This document shows, in pieces, positions 40,988 through 49,322 of a DNA stretch of 64,000 nt. The DNA lies in assembly GCA_049510745.1 (NCBI GenBank), contig JBEKYR010000010.1, forward strand, positions 32,001 to 96,000, in the 5' to 3' direction. The position numbers and the translations under genes are program-made. Numbering within the stretch: position 1 is the stretch's first letter; each line of letters begins with the position of its first letter. The notes beneath the pieces are model-generated. The model made no database searches. It had not been told where the DNA came from and saw nothing but the letters and a program-made list of their open reading frames with translations. The stretch comes from Verrucomicrobiota bacterium. Lineage in GTDB: Bacteria > Verrucomicrobiota > Verrucomicrobiia > Limisphaerales > Palsa-1400.

Positions 40988-41350
40988 ATGAAACTCACCT
41001 CCATCCTGGCCTTTCTCCTTCTGACTTCAGCCTTCGTCCTTTCTCCCGGTTGCGCTTGTCCGCGGCGCAAGGCGGAAACGACGCGCTCGGTGGAATGGTT
41101 CACGGGCCGCGATGACGGCTTGGTGCGGCGCGAGACCTGGCGCGACGCGGAGGGCGGCGGGGGACTGTTCCTGTTCACCGATCCGGCGGTGCAACAAATG
41201 TTCGCGCTGCACACCAACCAGACGGCGTTGGGAGGCGGAAGCCTCTTCAGCGCCGGCACGGCCACAATCACAGTCGATACCAACACCGCCGCCGTGGTCG
41301 GCGCCACGGGGACGGCCGCCGGCAACGTCATCGGCGCGGCGATGAAATAA
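40988..41350 (+). CDS. Small lipoprotein with Gly/Ala-rich C-terminal helix
   Basis: MKLTSILAFLLLTSAFVLSPGC ... VVGATGTAAGNVIGAAMK (glycine-zipper-like). Confidence 0.7.
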   Translation: MKLTSILAFLLLTSAFVLSPGCACPRRKAETTRSVEWFTGRDDGLVRRETWRDAEGGGGLFLFTDPAVQQMFALHTNQTALGGGSLFSAGTATITVDTNTAAVVGATGTAAGNVIGAAMK

Positions 41351-41435
41351 AGCATGAAGGAAGAAGGAAAAAATCAATCAGCGGCCTCGCGGCCGGAACA
41401 CTCATGATTCTTGTTTCATCCATCTTGCTTTTCCC

Positions 41436-42287
41436 ATGAATCCGCCCGTGCCAAACATATTCGATCCCGCCAACGCCGCCCTGCTGGCGCGGATCAGCGC
41501 CGCGACGTACCAGGCCCAGTTCGAGAGGGAACGGTGGAACGCGGAAGTGGTCGAAGCACCCGACACCGAAACGCGCGTCATTATCCTGAGCGATGAGGCC
41601 GATGAGATCGTCGCTTTCCGGGGCACACGGAACATCCACAACTGGCTCATGGACCTGGAGTGCGAGTTGGCGGACGATCCGCCGGGCCGAATCCATCACG
41701 GCTTCCAAAGGGCGCTCGACTCGATTGAAGGCGAATTAGTCCGCGCGCTTGAGAACTTGAAATCGCGCCGGGTCTGGATGGCGGGCCACAGCCTGGGGGG
41801 CGCGCTGGCTGTGCTCTGCGCCCGCCGGCTGTTGCCCTTGAATTTGGCGGGTGTTTACACGTTCGGCCAACCTCGCGTTGGCGACTCCCCGTTCGCTCAA
41901 TTCTACAATTCACAACTCAAACCGCTGACTTGGCGAGTGGTTTACGCCGATGACATTGTGCCGCGCATCCCTTGGATGCCGGGTGGCTACCGTCACGCCG
42001 GCCACGAAGTTTTCTACCCGGCAGGGCGGCGCTCCCGCGGAGCCGGCCCGGCCGGAGCCGCACCCTACCAGATTGACCCGCCGTTGTGGCAAAAGCTCCC
42101 CAGCGATTTGCGCGGCCTGGCCCGCGAAGCCTGGCGCGGCAAACTGGCCCTGCTCAACGACCACCACATCGACAACTACGTCAAACTTTTTCCTAATCTT
42201 AATCCTTCTCCCAATCTTAATCTCCCCCCGGACGATTCTGAGGGCGGGAGGGGGATTAAGATCAGGATTACGATGAGGAGCCGATAA
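41436..42287 (+). CDS. Class 3 lipase (alpha/beta hydrolase)
   Basis: VAFRGT, IHHGF, GHSLGG, YTFGQPRVG, DDIVPRIP, DHHIDNY; no signal peptide. Confidence 0.93.
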   Translation: MNPPVPNIFDPANAALLARISAATYQAQFERERWNAEVVEAPDTETRVIILSDEADEIVAFRGTRNIHNWLMDLECELADDPPGRIHHGFQRALDSIEGELVRALENLKSRRVWMAGHSLGGALAVLCARRLLPLNLAGVYTFGQPRVGDSPFAQFYNSQLKPLTWRVVYADDIVPRIPWMPGGYRHAGHEVFYPAGRRSRGAGPAGAAPYQIDPPLWQKLPSDLRGLAREAWRGKLALLNDHHIDNYVKLFPNLNPSPNLNLPPDDSEGGRGIKIRITMRSR

Positions 42288-42302
42288 AAACCCTTTCTTG
42301 AT

Positions 42303-42734
42303 ATGATGCTCAGCGAGATTTCCTCCGCCGATTTGGGCACCTGGATGTACGCCCTTGGCTCTGTCATCCAGATCGCCGCCACCGTCACCATCCTGGTCAC
42401 TATCAACTCCAAGCAAAAGCGCGAGGTTTCGTTCGCGGGCCAGGCGGTGGACCAGAAGGAATTCGACCGGCTGGTGGCGGAAAACGCGGCGGTCCACGAC
42501 CAGTTGTTCGCCAAGATCGGAGGGGTGGAAAGGGGCGTGGACAGCCGCCTGGCGGTGCGCCTGGACAAGTTCGAGGCCGAAGCCCATGAGTCGCGCCGCC
42601 TCATGCACCAAAACATCAGCGCCATCGGCAACGACGTGGCGGCGTTGAAGAAGGAAGCCGAGCTGGCCAACCAGCGGGCCTTCCAGATGGACGCAAAAAT
42701 CGACCGCCTGATTGAACGAGAAAGACTAGCATGA
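42303..42734 (+). CDS. Single-TM coiled-coil protein, positional equivalent of Mu gp25
   Basis: N-terminal TM helix, coiled coil ending KIDRLIER; lies just before gp26/27/28-like genes. Confidence 0.7.
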   Translation: MMLSEISSADLGTWMYALGSVIQIAATVTILVTINSKQKREVSFAGQAVDQKEFDRLVAENAAVHDQLFAKIGGVERGVDSRLAVRLDKFEAEAHESRRLMHQNISAIGNDVAALKKEAELANQRAFQMDAKIDRLIERERLA

Positions 42735-43003
42735 TAACCGAGAACCAACTCGAGCTGTTTCGCGACGCGCTCTTGCGCGCCCTCAAAGCCGCCGGCTCGA
42801 CCGGCTTAAGTGTATCCACCCTGGAAATCGCGCTGCGCGCCTCCGGCTTCCGCCATTTCAACACGCAGGAACTGGAGGGGCAACTGCAATACTTTGGGGA
42901 CAAAGACTTCGCCGCCGAAGTGCCGAAATCGCACAGCGTGTCAAACAAACGCTGGCGGATCACCGCCGCTGGCATCGACGACCTGGAAGGGAGGGGGATG
43001 TGA
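42731..43003 (+). CDS. Small winged-helix protein, Mu gp26-like
   Basis: RDALLRALK...ELEGQLQYFGDKDF...WRITAAGIDDLEG; ATGA coupling. Confidence 0.75.
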   Translation: MITENQLELFRDALLRALKAAGSTGLSVSTLEIALRASGFRHFNTQELEGQLQYFGDKDFAAEVPKSHSVSNKRWRITAAGIDDLEGRGM

Positions 43004-43578
43004 ACAAGGACAAGACAGGGGCGCCAAGCCCGGCGCGCAAGCCTCTCAGCAATTCGTATTGGGACACGCTGAGCGAAGAGGAAAAGGAGTTGGTGCAATC
43101 GGTGTTGCGCAAGCCGGGGGTTTCCCTGCGCGAGGCGAGGGGGCTGGTCCCGCCGATGCGGGACGGTGAGGGGAAGGAGATAGGCCCGCCCGCCGTCGGG
43201 ACGCTCTCCAGGATTTCGCAGGAACTGCGGACGGAGGAAATGCTCTTGGAGATCGAGGCTGACACGGAGCTGGCGAAAGTCATTTGCGGGAAACTCCGGT
43301 CCGGCGCGCTCAGGTCACAGGTGCAGGAGCGGTTGTTGGATGAAATCATGGAAGTAATTGGCGAGGAGGTCAGGCACAAGAGCCTGCGCCGAATGGACCC
43401 CGCCATCCGGACGGCCTCCGCCCGCCTGTTGCTCAAGCGGGCCGACCAACGGCGGGCGGACCGGCGGCAGAAATTCCTCGAGGCGCGAGCCAGGAGAATT
43501 GAAGCCGGACCGACCCGGCCCCACTTGACCGAAGAAGACAAGCAACGGCGTCTAAAGGAACTCCTGGAAATTGCCTGA
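43000..43578 (+). CDS. Helical protein, Mu gp27/DUF3486-like (candidate small terminase)
   Basis: WDTLSEEEKELV, HTH-like SLREAR..VGTLSR, and C-terminal LTEEDKQRRLKELL; stop overlaps the terL start. Confidence 0.6.
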   Translation: MNKDKTGAPSPARKPLSNSYWDTLSEEEKELVQSVLRKPGVSLREARGLVPPMRDGEGKEIGPPAVGTLSRISQELRTEEMLLEIEADTELAKVICGKLRSGALRSQVQERLLDEIMEVIGEEVRHKSLRRMDPAIRTASARLLLKRADQRRADRRQKFLEARARRIEAGPTRPHLTEEDKQRRLKELLEIA

Positions 43579-45119
43579 TGCCGAAAAAATCCAGATCTGT
43601 TTGGCCAGAGCCGCCCAGCGGCCCCAAAGGCCGTCTCCGCGACCGGCTGCTGAAATACCAGCAGCGGTGGGTGGACGATGAATCGCGCTGGAAATTCGGC
43701 CTGATGTCGCGCCAGGTGGGAAAAGATTTTGCCTCCGGGTACGAAGGCGTTTTCGATTGCATGCGCGCCGACGCGGTCGGGAAAAGAACCGATTGGCTGA
43801 TCGTAGCGCCGTCCGAGCGGCAATCGTTGGAATCGCTGGAGAAGTGGAAGTTCTGGGCCAAAGCATTCAAAGGCGTCCTCGAAGACTATGTGGAAAAGCG
43901 CGAAGGCGGCAAAGAAAGCCTGCTCAAATCCGCCACGATCACCTTCCCGTTCGGCAGCCGCGTGATTGCGGTGCCGGGCAAGCCGGACACGGTGCGCGGG
44001 TTCAGCGCGAACGTATTATTGACGGAGTTCGCCTACTTCGAGCAGCCCGACGCCACCTGGCGGGCGATCCTGCCCAGCATCACCAACCCGATTCGCGGCG
44101 GCGTCAAAAAGGTCCGCCTCATCACCACGCCCAACGGCATCGGCAACAAGACGCATGACATCTGGGTCAAGAACCACAAGCCAATCAGCGGACAATTAGT
44201 GAATGGAGGAATCAGTGAATCAGTGAATGCCGAATTCAACAATTCACTCATTCAAACCTCAACTATTGCCGGCGCGTCCGCGCCGGTCTGGTCGTGCCAT
44301 TTCGTCCCGATCCAGGCCGCGGTCGGTGACGGCCTGCCCGTCAACCTCGACGAACTGCGCCAGGCGCTGGACGACCCGGAAGGCTGGGCCCAGGAATTTG
44401 AGTGCCAGTTCATCGACGTTCAGACGGTCCTGCTTCCCTACGAATTGATCGCCGCTTGCGAGAGCAGCGAGGCGACGGCCGCCGCGCCGCCGGATTTCTG
44501 GCTGGGCGGCGGCGCGGGGTCCCCGCCGCTGGTCATGGGCATTGACTTCGGGCGTCGCCGCGACCTGACGGTCGCCTGGAGCAACGCGCAACTGGGAGAC
44601 GTCGCGCGCACGGTGGAGGTGCTGGAATTGGATAAGATGAGCACGCCCGAGCAAGTCGAGTTGTTGCGCCCGCGCCTGCGGCAGGCCCGGCGCGTCTGCC
44701 TGGATTACACCGGGCCGGGCATCGGGCTGGGCGATTACCTGGCGAAGGAGTATGGCGAATGGAATCCGAGTCAACACAAATTCGGGAAGATCGAACTCTG
44801 CGCCTTCACGCCGGGGTTGAAAGTGGAGATTTTCTCCAAGCTGCGCATGGCCTTTGAGAAACGTTCCGTGCGCGTGCCGGTCAGCCGGGCGATTCGGGAA
44901 GACCTGCACAGCGTCAACCGCGTGAGCGGGGCGGCCGGGCAGGTCAGTTACCGCGCGCCGCACAACGCCGACGGCCACGCCGACCGTTGCACGGCCCTGG
45001 CCCTGGCCTGGCGCGCCGCCGGCGCCTCCACCGCCCCGGCCGCCAGCGCCCCCGTGAAAGTCCCGCCCCGTGGCGGCAACCTGGGCCTGGGCAAGGCCGG
45101 CGGGGAGATGTGGCCGTGA
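43578..45119 (+). CDS. terL: Phage large terminase, Mu gp28-like
   Basis: LLKYQQRWV, SRQVGKD, SERQS, PDTVRGFSANVLLTEFA, TTPNG, WAQEFECQF; nuclease GIDFGRRRD, LDYTGPG, GHADR. Confidence 0.92.
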   Translation: MPKKSRSVWPEPPSGPKGRLRDRLLKYQQRWVDDESRWKFGLMSRQVGKDFASGYEGVFDCMRADAVGKRTDWLIVAPSERQSLESLEKWKFWAKAFKGVLEDYVEKREGGKESLLKSATITFPFGSRVIAVPGKPDTVRGFSANVLLTEFAYFEQPDATWRAILPSITNPIRGGVKKVRLITTPNGIGNKTHDIWVKNHKPISGQLVNGGISESVNAEFNNSLIQTSTIAGASAPVWSCHFVPIQAAVGDGLPVNLDELRQALDDPEGWAQEFECQFIDVQTVLLPYELIAACESSEATAAAPPDFWLGGGAGSPPLVMGIDFGRRRDLTVAWSNAQLGDVARTVEVLELDKMSTPEQVELLRPRLRQARRVCLDYTGPGIGLGDYLAKEYGEWNPSQHKFGKIELCAFTPGLKVEIFSKLRMAFEKRSVRVPVSRAIREDLHSVNRVSGAAGQVSYRAPHNADGHADRCTALALAWRAAGASTAPAASAPVKVPPRGGNLGLGKAGGEMWP

Positions 45120-45298
45120 TGGAAGGGCAAGACCTGAGCGGCTCTACCAATTTTTGTCGCGCGCAAGACAAAGTTTGGCAAGGGCCTGATTGGAATTGTG
45201 GCTGGCGGGTTTTGGGGATTGATTTGTAGGATTTTCCCGGACAGGAAAACCGGTTGACTTGCGGGCCGGGTTGGCGATAATCGTCCTGCGCCCAAAAT

Positions 45299-45802
45299 AT
45301 GGCACGACTTGTAATTCTCAGTGAAGGGCTGACAGGAAAGGCTCACGAACTGGCGGTGGAGAAGACCACCATCGGACGCGTTGACGACAACATGTTCCCT
45401 ATCCCCGAAGGCTCGGTTTCCAGCCATCATTGCGAGGTGTTGTTGCGCGGGTCGGAGGTGGTGATCCACGACCTCCATTCGACCAACGGAACTTTTATCA
45501 ACGGCCATCAGATCACGGGTGAGGCTCCGATCAAGCCCGGGCAGATTTTGCGCCTGGGCCAGGTGGAAATGCGGCTGGAGGAGAGCGGCGCGCAAAAGGC
45601 CCCGCCCAAGAAACTGCCCGATCAAACCATGGTCATTCCGCAGGGCGTCAAGCTGGGTCAGGAACCGCCCACCGCAGCCGTGGCGTTCGATAAGACCGCC
45701 TTCACCAAGAAGAGCAACACCGGGACCAAAGTTTTCCTCGGGGTCGTCATCGCGCTGGCGATTGGAATTGGGATCATGCTCCTGTTCCTGTTCGTCAAGT
45801 AA
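45299..45802 (+). CDS. FHA-domain protein with C-terminal TM helix
   Basis: IGR, VSSHH, DLHSTNGTFING; upstream TTGACT...GATAAT promoter. Confidence 0.93.
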   Translation: MARLVILSEGLTGKAHELAVEKTTIGRVDDNMFPIPEGSVSSHHCEVLLRGSEVVIHDLHSTNGTFINGHQITGEAPIKPGQILRLGQVEMRLEESGAQKAPPKKLPDQTMVIPQGVKLGQEPPTAAVAFDKTAFTKKSNTGTKVFLGVVIALAIGIGIMLLFLFVK

Positions 45803-45803
45803 T

Positions 45804-47729
45804 TCACCAGTCTTTGATCCTGCCGGTTCGGTTTTTAACGGGCTGGTTTTCCGGCGCGAAGATCAACACTTTTTCGTCGTCCTTCTGCGCCTCGAGCAGT
45901 TGGCGGGCTTCTTGCGGGGTCATGCGCGCCTCGGCCACTGCCGCCGGTTCGCCGTTTTCCTGGCCTTTGTCGTTCTGATCGCCCTGCCGGGCTTGTTGCT
46001 GTGGCTTCTCCTGGTCTTTCCCGGCTTGTTCCTGGCGGGCCTTCTCCTCGTCCTTCTTTTGCTGGCCGGATTTGTTCTCCTGCGGCTGGTCCTTCTTTTG
46101 GTCCTGCTGGGATGATGGCTGTTGCTGGTTTTGATCCTTCTTTTTGTCCTGGTTTTGCTGCTGTTGCCGGTCTTTCTGGTCCTGGTCCTTTTGATCCTGG
46201 TTTTGGTCCTTTTTCTGTTGTTGCTGTTGCTGCTTTAGCTCCTCCAACTTATGTTTGACGTAGGCGAGGTTGTTTTTGGCGTCGAGATCGTTGGTGTCGA
46301 GGCGGAGGGCGCGGATAAAGCTCTCCACCGATTGCTGCCAGCATTGTTTCTTCTTTTCCGGGTCGGGCAGCGGCTCGCCCAGGCGGAAGAGGGTGTTGCC
46401 GAGGTTGAAATAGGCGTGCTGCTGCGATTGCGGGTCGGCAACGATGTCCGCGGAATTGAGCGCGGCGTTGAATTGGTCGAGGGCGCTGTCCAGCTTTTTT
46501 GCCTTGTAGGCGGCCGCGCCCGCGTCGTAATGCAGGCGGTAATCGTTGGTTTTTTGTTGCGAGAGCCGGTTGTATTCGTCGAACGAATCCTCAAAGTTTC
46601 CGGATTGAAAATCGCGAAAGGCGCGGGAGGGCGAGCCGTGGGCCGCCGGCGCCGCCAGGAGCAGAACCAGGAGGGCGGCGGTTTGCGGCAGCGCGGCCCC
46701 GGCGGGGGCGACGTCGGTCCGGCGCGAGCGCGGGCTTTCGGGCAGCAGCACCTCGATCACCAGGCAGAGGACGGCGAAGCCCAGCGGCCAATGATAGCGT
46801 TCGCGATAGACGCGCGCCAGGCGGGTTGTCTCCTCGGTTTTGGGCAGCGGCGCCAGGCCGCGCGCATAGAGTGTTTCCATCGGATTGGCTCCTTGCAGCG
46901 GCAGGTAAAACCCGCCGGCCTCGGTGGCGATTTGTTGCAGCAAGGTTTGGTTCAAGCGCGATTTGACCGCGTTGTCGTCGTCGTCCTTGACGAAAACCGG
47001 GTTGCCCTGCTCGTCCGGGACGCGGAGCAGTTCGCCCTCCGGCGTGCCGACGCCGATGGTGAAGATGCGCAGGCCGGCCTGGGCGGCTTCCTTGGCCGCG
47101 GCCATCGTTTCCGCCTCCGCATCGTGGTCTTCGCCGTCGGTGAAGAGGACCAAAACCTTATGATTGTCGTTGCCCTTCTCGAAGGCGGCGAGAGCGGTCC
47201 TGATCGCTTCGGCCAGCGCGGTGCCGCCTTGGGGAATGATGCCGACGGAGACGGCATCGACCGCCTCCTGGAAGGCGGCCTCGTCGAGCGTCAGCGGCGC
47301 CTGCAAGAAAGCCGAGCCGGCGAAAGCGACCAGGCCGAGGCGGTCGGTTTTGGCCAGGCGCATGAGGTCGATAATGGCGAGCTTGGCCTTGTTCAGCCGG
47401 TTGGGCGCCACGTCCTGGGCCAGCATGCTGCGCGAGGTGTCGATGGCGACGATAATGTCCAGGCCTTGCTGTTTGGCTTCCTCCCAGGCGAAGCCCCATT
47501 GCGGCCGGGCCAGCGCCAGCAGCACGCCGGCGACGGCCGCCACCAACAAGGCCAGCCGTACTTTCTGCCGCGCCGCCGAAACGCCGGCCGTCAGGCTGGG
47601 GAGCAAACGGGCGCGGACGAACTGCAGGACCAACTTTTGTTTGACGCGCCACGACCAGCAGAGAAATCCAATGAGCGCCGGGAGGACGGCGAGCAGGACC
47701 CAAAGCACTTGTGGTTGCGCGAATTTCAT
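45804..47729 (-). CDS. batB: BatB-BatC fusion (VWA plus TPR plus Q/D/K-rich tail)
   Basis: DTSRSMLAQDVAPNRL, PLTLD, TDGE, TPR YFNLGN, poly-Q, C-terminal KDW. Confidence 0.88.
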   Translation of the reverse strand: MKFAQPQVLWVLLAVLPALIGFLCWSWRVKQKLVLQFVRARLLPSLTAGVSAARQKVRLALLVAAVAGVLLALARPQWGFAWEEAKQQGLDIIVAIDTSRSMLAQDVAPNRLNKAKLAIIDLMRLAKTDRLGLVAFAGSAFLQAPLTLDEAAFQEAVDAVSVGIIPQGGTALAEAIRTALAAFEKGNDNHKVLVLFTDGEDHDAEAETMAAAKEAAQAGLRIFTIGVGTPEGELLRVPDEQGNPVFVKDDDDNAVKSRLNQTLLQQIATEAGGFYLPLQGANPMETLYARGLAPLPKTEETTRLARVYRERYHWPLGFAVLCLVIEVLLPESPRSRRTDVAPAGAALPQTAALLVLLLAAPAAHGSPSRAFRDFQSGNFEDSFDEYNRLSQQKTNDYRLHYDAGAAAYKAKKLDSALDQFNAALNSADIVADPQSQQHAYFNLGNTLFRLGEPLPDPEKKKQCWQQSVESFIRALRLDTNDLDAKNNLAYVKHKLEELKQQQQQQKKDQNQDQKDQDQKDRQQQQNQDKKKDQNQQQPSSQQDQKKDQPQENKSGQQKKDEEKARQEQAGKDQEKPQQQARQGDQNDKGQENGEPAAVAEARMTPQEARQLLEAQKDDEKVLIFAPENQPVKNRTGRIKDW

Positions 47730-47733
47730 GCGG

Positions 47734-48723
47734 TCAGGGCAGTTTTCTCCAGACGGTCTGGGCCAGGATCATTTCCAGGAGGAACACCGACAGCCCGGCG
47801 ATGGCCAGATGCCCGAACAACTCATCGTAATGCTGGTACTTTTTGACTTCCACTTCCGATTTTTCCAGCCGGTCGATCTCCGCGTAGATTTTTCGTAGGG
47901 TGTCCGCGCTGTCGGCGCGGTAATATTTTCCATTGGTCTTCTGCGCGATCTTCGTCAGCGTGTCCTCGTCCACATCCACATCAATGTACTGATAGCGCTT
48001 CTGTCCCATCGGATCAATGTACGGATACGGCGCCTTGCCCCGGATGCCGATGCCGATGGTATAGACTTTGACCGCGAGCGCCTGGGCGGCCTCCGCCGCA
48101 GTCAGGGGCTGGATTTTTCCCGAATTGTTCTGCCCATCGGTCATGAGAATGACGATCTTGCTTTTGTCCTTGAGGTCTTTGAGGCGGTTGAGGGCGGCCA
48201 TCAAGGCCGAGCCGATGGCGGTGCTGTTTTCATCGATCTTGCCGATGTCCAGGCGGTCGAGATTGCGCTGCAAAAAATCATGATCCAGCGTCAGGGGCGA
48301 GGCGATGTAGGCGTCCTTGGCGAAGGCGACCAGGCCGATGCGGTCATTGGGCCGGTTGTCGATGAATTTGCCCAGGACTTCCTTGGCCAGCTTGATGCGG
48401 CTGAGGCCCTCGCCGAAATCCTCCGAGCGCATGCTGCCGGAGAGGTCGATGGCGACGACGATGTCAATGCCGCTGGCCTTGATGTGGGATTCCCCGCGCA
48501 CCAGGCGGGGCTGGGCCAGGGCGACAATAAACAACGCCAGCGCCAGCCAGCGCAAATTGGCCAGGATGGCGCCGGCGCGGGATCGGCGCAGCCCGGATAT
48601 GGGGCGCACCAAATCGATCGACGAATAAACAAAGGAGGCGCTTTGGCCCAGCTTCCCCTTCAGCCACTCCAGCGCCGGCAGCAGAAGCAGCCCTGACAAA
48701 ACATAAGGATGGGCGAAGGTCAT
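47734..48723 (-). CDS. batA: BatA VWA-domain protein
   Basis: MTFAHP, ALAQP, DLSGSM, DRIGLVAF, TAIGSAL, TDGQNNSG. Confidence 0.9.
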   Translation of the reverse strand: MTFAHPYVLSGLLLLPALEWLKGKLGQSASFVYSSIDLVRPISGLRRSRAGAILANLRWLALALFIVALAQPRLVRGESHIKASGIDIVVAIDLSGSMRSEDFGEGLSRIKLAKEVLGKFIDNRPNDRIGLVAFAKDAYIASPLTLDHDFLQRNLDRLDIGKIDENSTAIGSALMAALNRLKDLKDKSKIVILMTDGQNNSGKIQPLTAAEAAQALAVKVYTIGIGIRGKAPYPYIDPMGQKRYQYIDVDVDEDTLTKIAQKTNGKYYRADSADTLRKIYAEIDRLEKSEVEVKKYQHYDELFGHLAIAGLSVFLLEMILAQTVWRKLP

Positions 48724-49322
48724 GGGGCGGTGGCGGCCGGCATGGCGGCGGCGGGTTGGGTTGGCTGGGGCGTCCAGACAGGTTCGGTTTCGTTGACCAG
48801 GCGCAGGGCGGCGTCGTGCAAGGCGCGCAGTCCGATCTCCGCCGGCTCGTATTTGGCGAACTTGATGAGATCGCAACCTTCCAGGAAATCGCCCAGGCTT
48901 TGTTTTTGAGCGGCTGTCAATAAATCGGTGCTTTGCAATTCGTAAAGAAACTCCTCCGTCGTGCGTTCGGGCGCGTGGAAATTGAACCGCTCCTCGAGAT
49001 AGGCCCGGACGGCGTCGGAAACGGCGATGGAAAACGGCTTGGGCTGGCTCAACAGGGAGAGCGCCTGATCGAGGCGGCGGCGCGCCCGCACGTGCGGCGG
49101 GACGGGCGGAACGAGCGGGACGGCGGCGGCCTTTTTGCGCCGGTAACGCCACACCAGCCAGGCCGCGGCCAGCGCCGCCAGGAGGGCGGCGATGCAGAAG
49201 AACCAAAGCCAGCCGTTGGGAATCTGGATGAGCGGTTTGAGGACGTCGTGAAAGACCAGCGGAGGCGCGTTGGTGGCGGCGGGCGATTGGGCGGGAATGA
49301 TGAGAGCGAAATTCGTGTTCAT
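48720..49322 (-). CDS. Bat-operon membrane protein (DUF4381-like)
   Basis: One TM helix, RAYLEERF, ERTTEEF, DLIKFAKY. Confidence 0.85.
   Translation of the reverse strand: MNTNFALIIPAQSPAATNAPPLVFHDVLKPLIQIPNGWLWFFCIAALLAALAAAWLVWRYRRKKAAAVPLVPPVPPHVRARRRLDQALSLLSQPKPFSIAVSDAVRAYLEERFNFHAPERTTEEFLYELQSTDLLTAAQKQSLGDFLEGCDLIKFAKYEPAEIGLRALHDAALRLVNETEPVWTPQPTQPAAAMPAATAP

Noticed and set aside
40570..45300. Complete prophage
   Set aside because: No integrase or transposase, portal, capsid, tail or att sites seen in the window.
46000..46240. Q/D/K-rich repeat in batB/C, and the Pro/Ala tract in infB
   Set aside because: Ordinary low-complexity linkers for these families.
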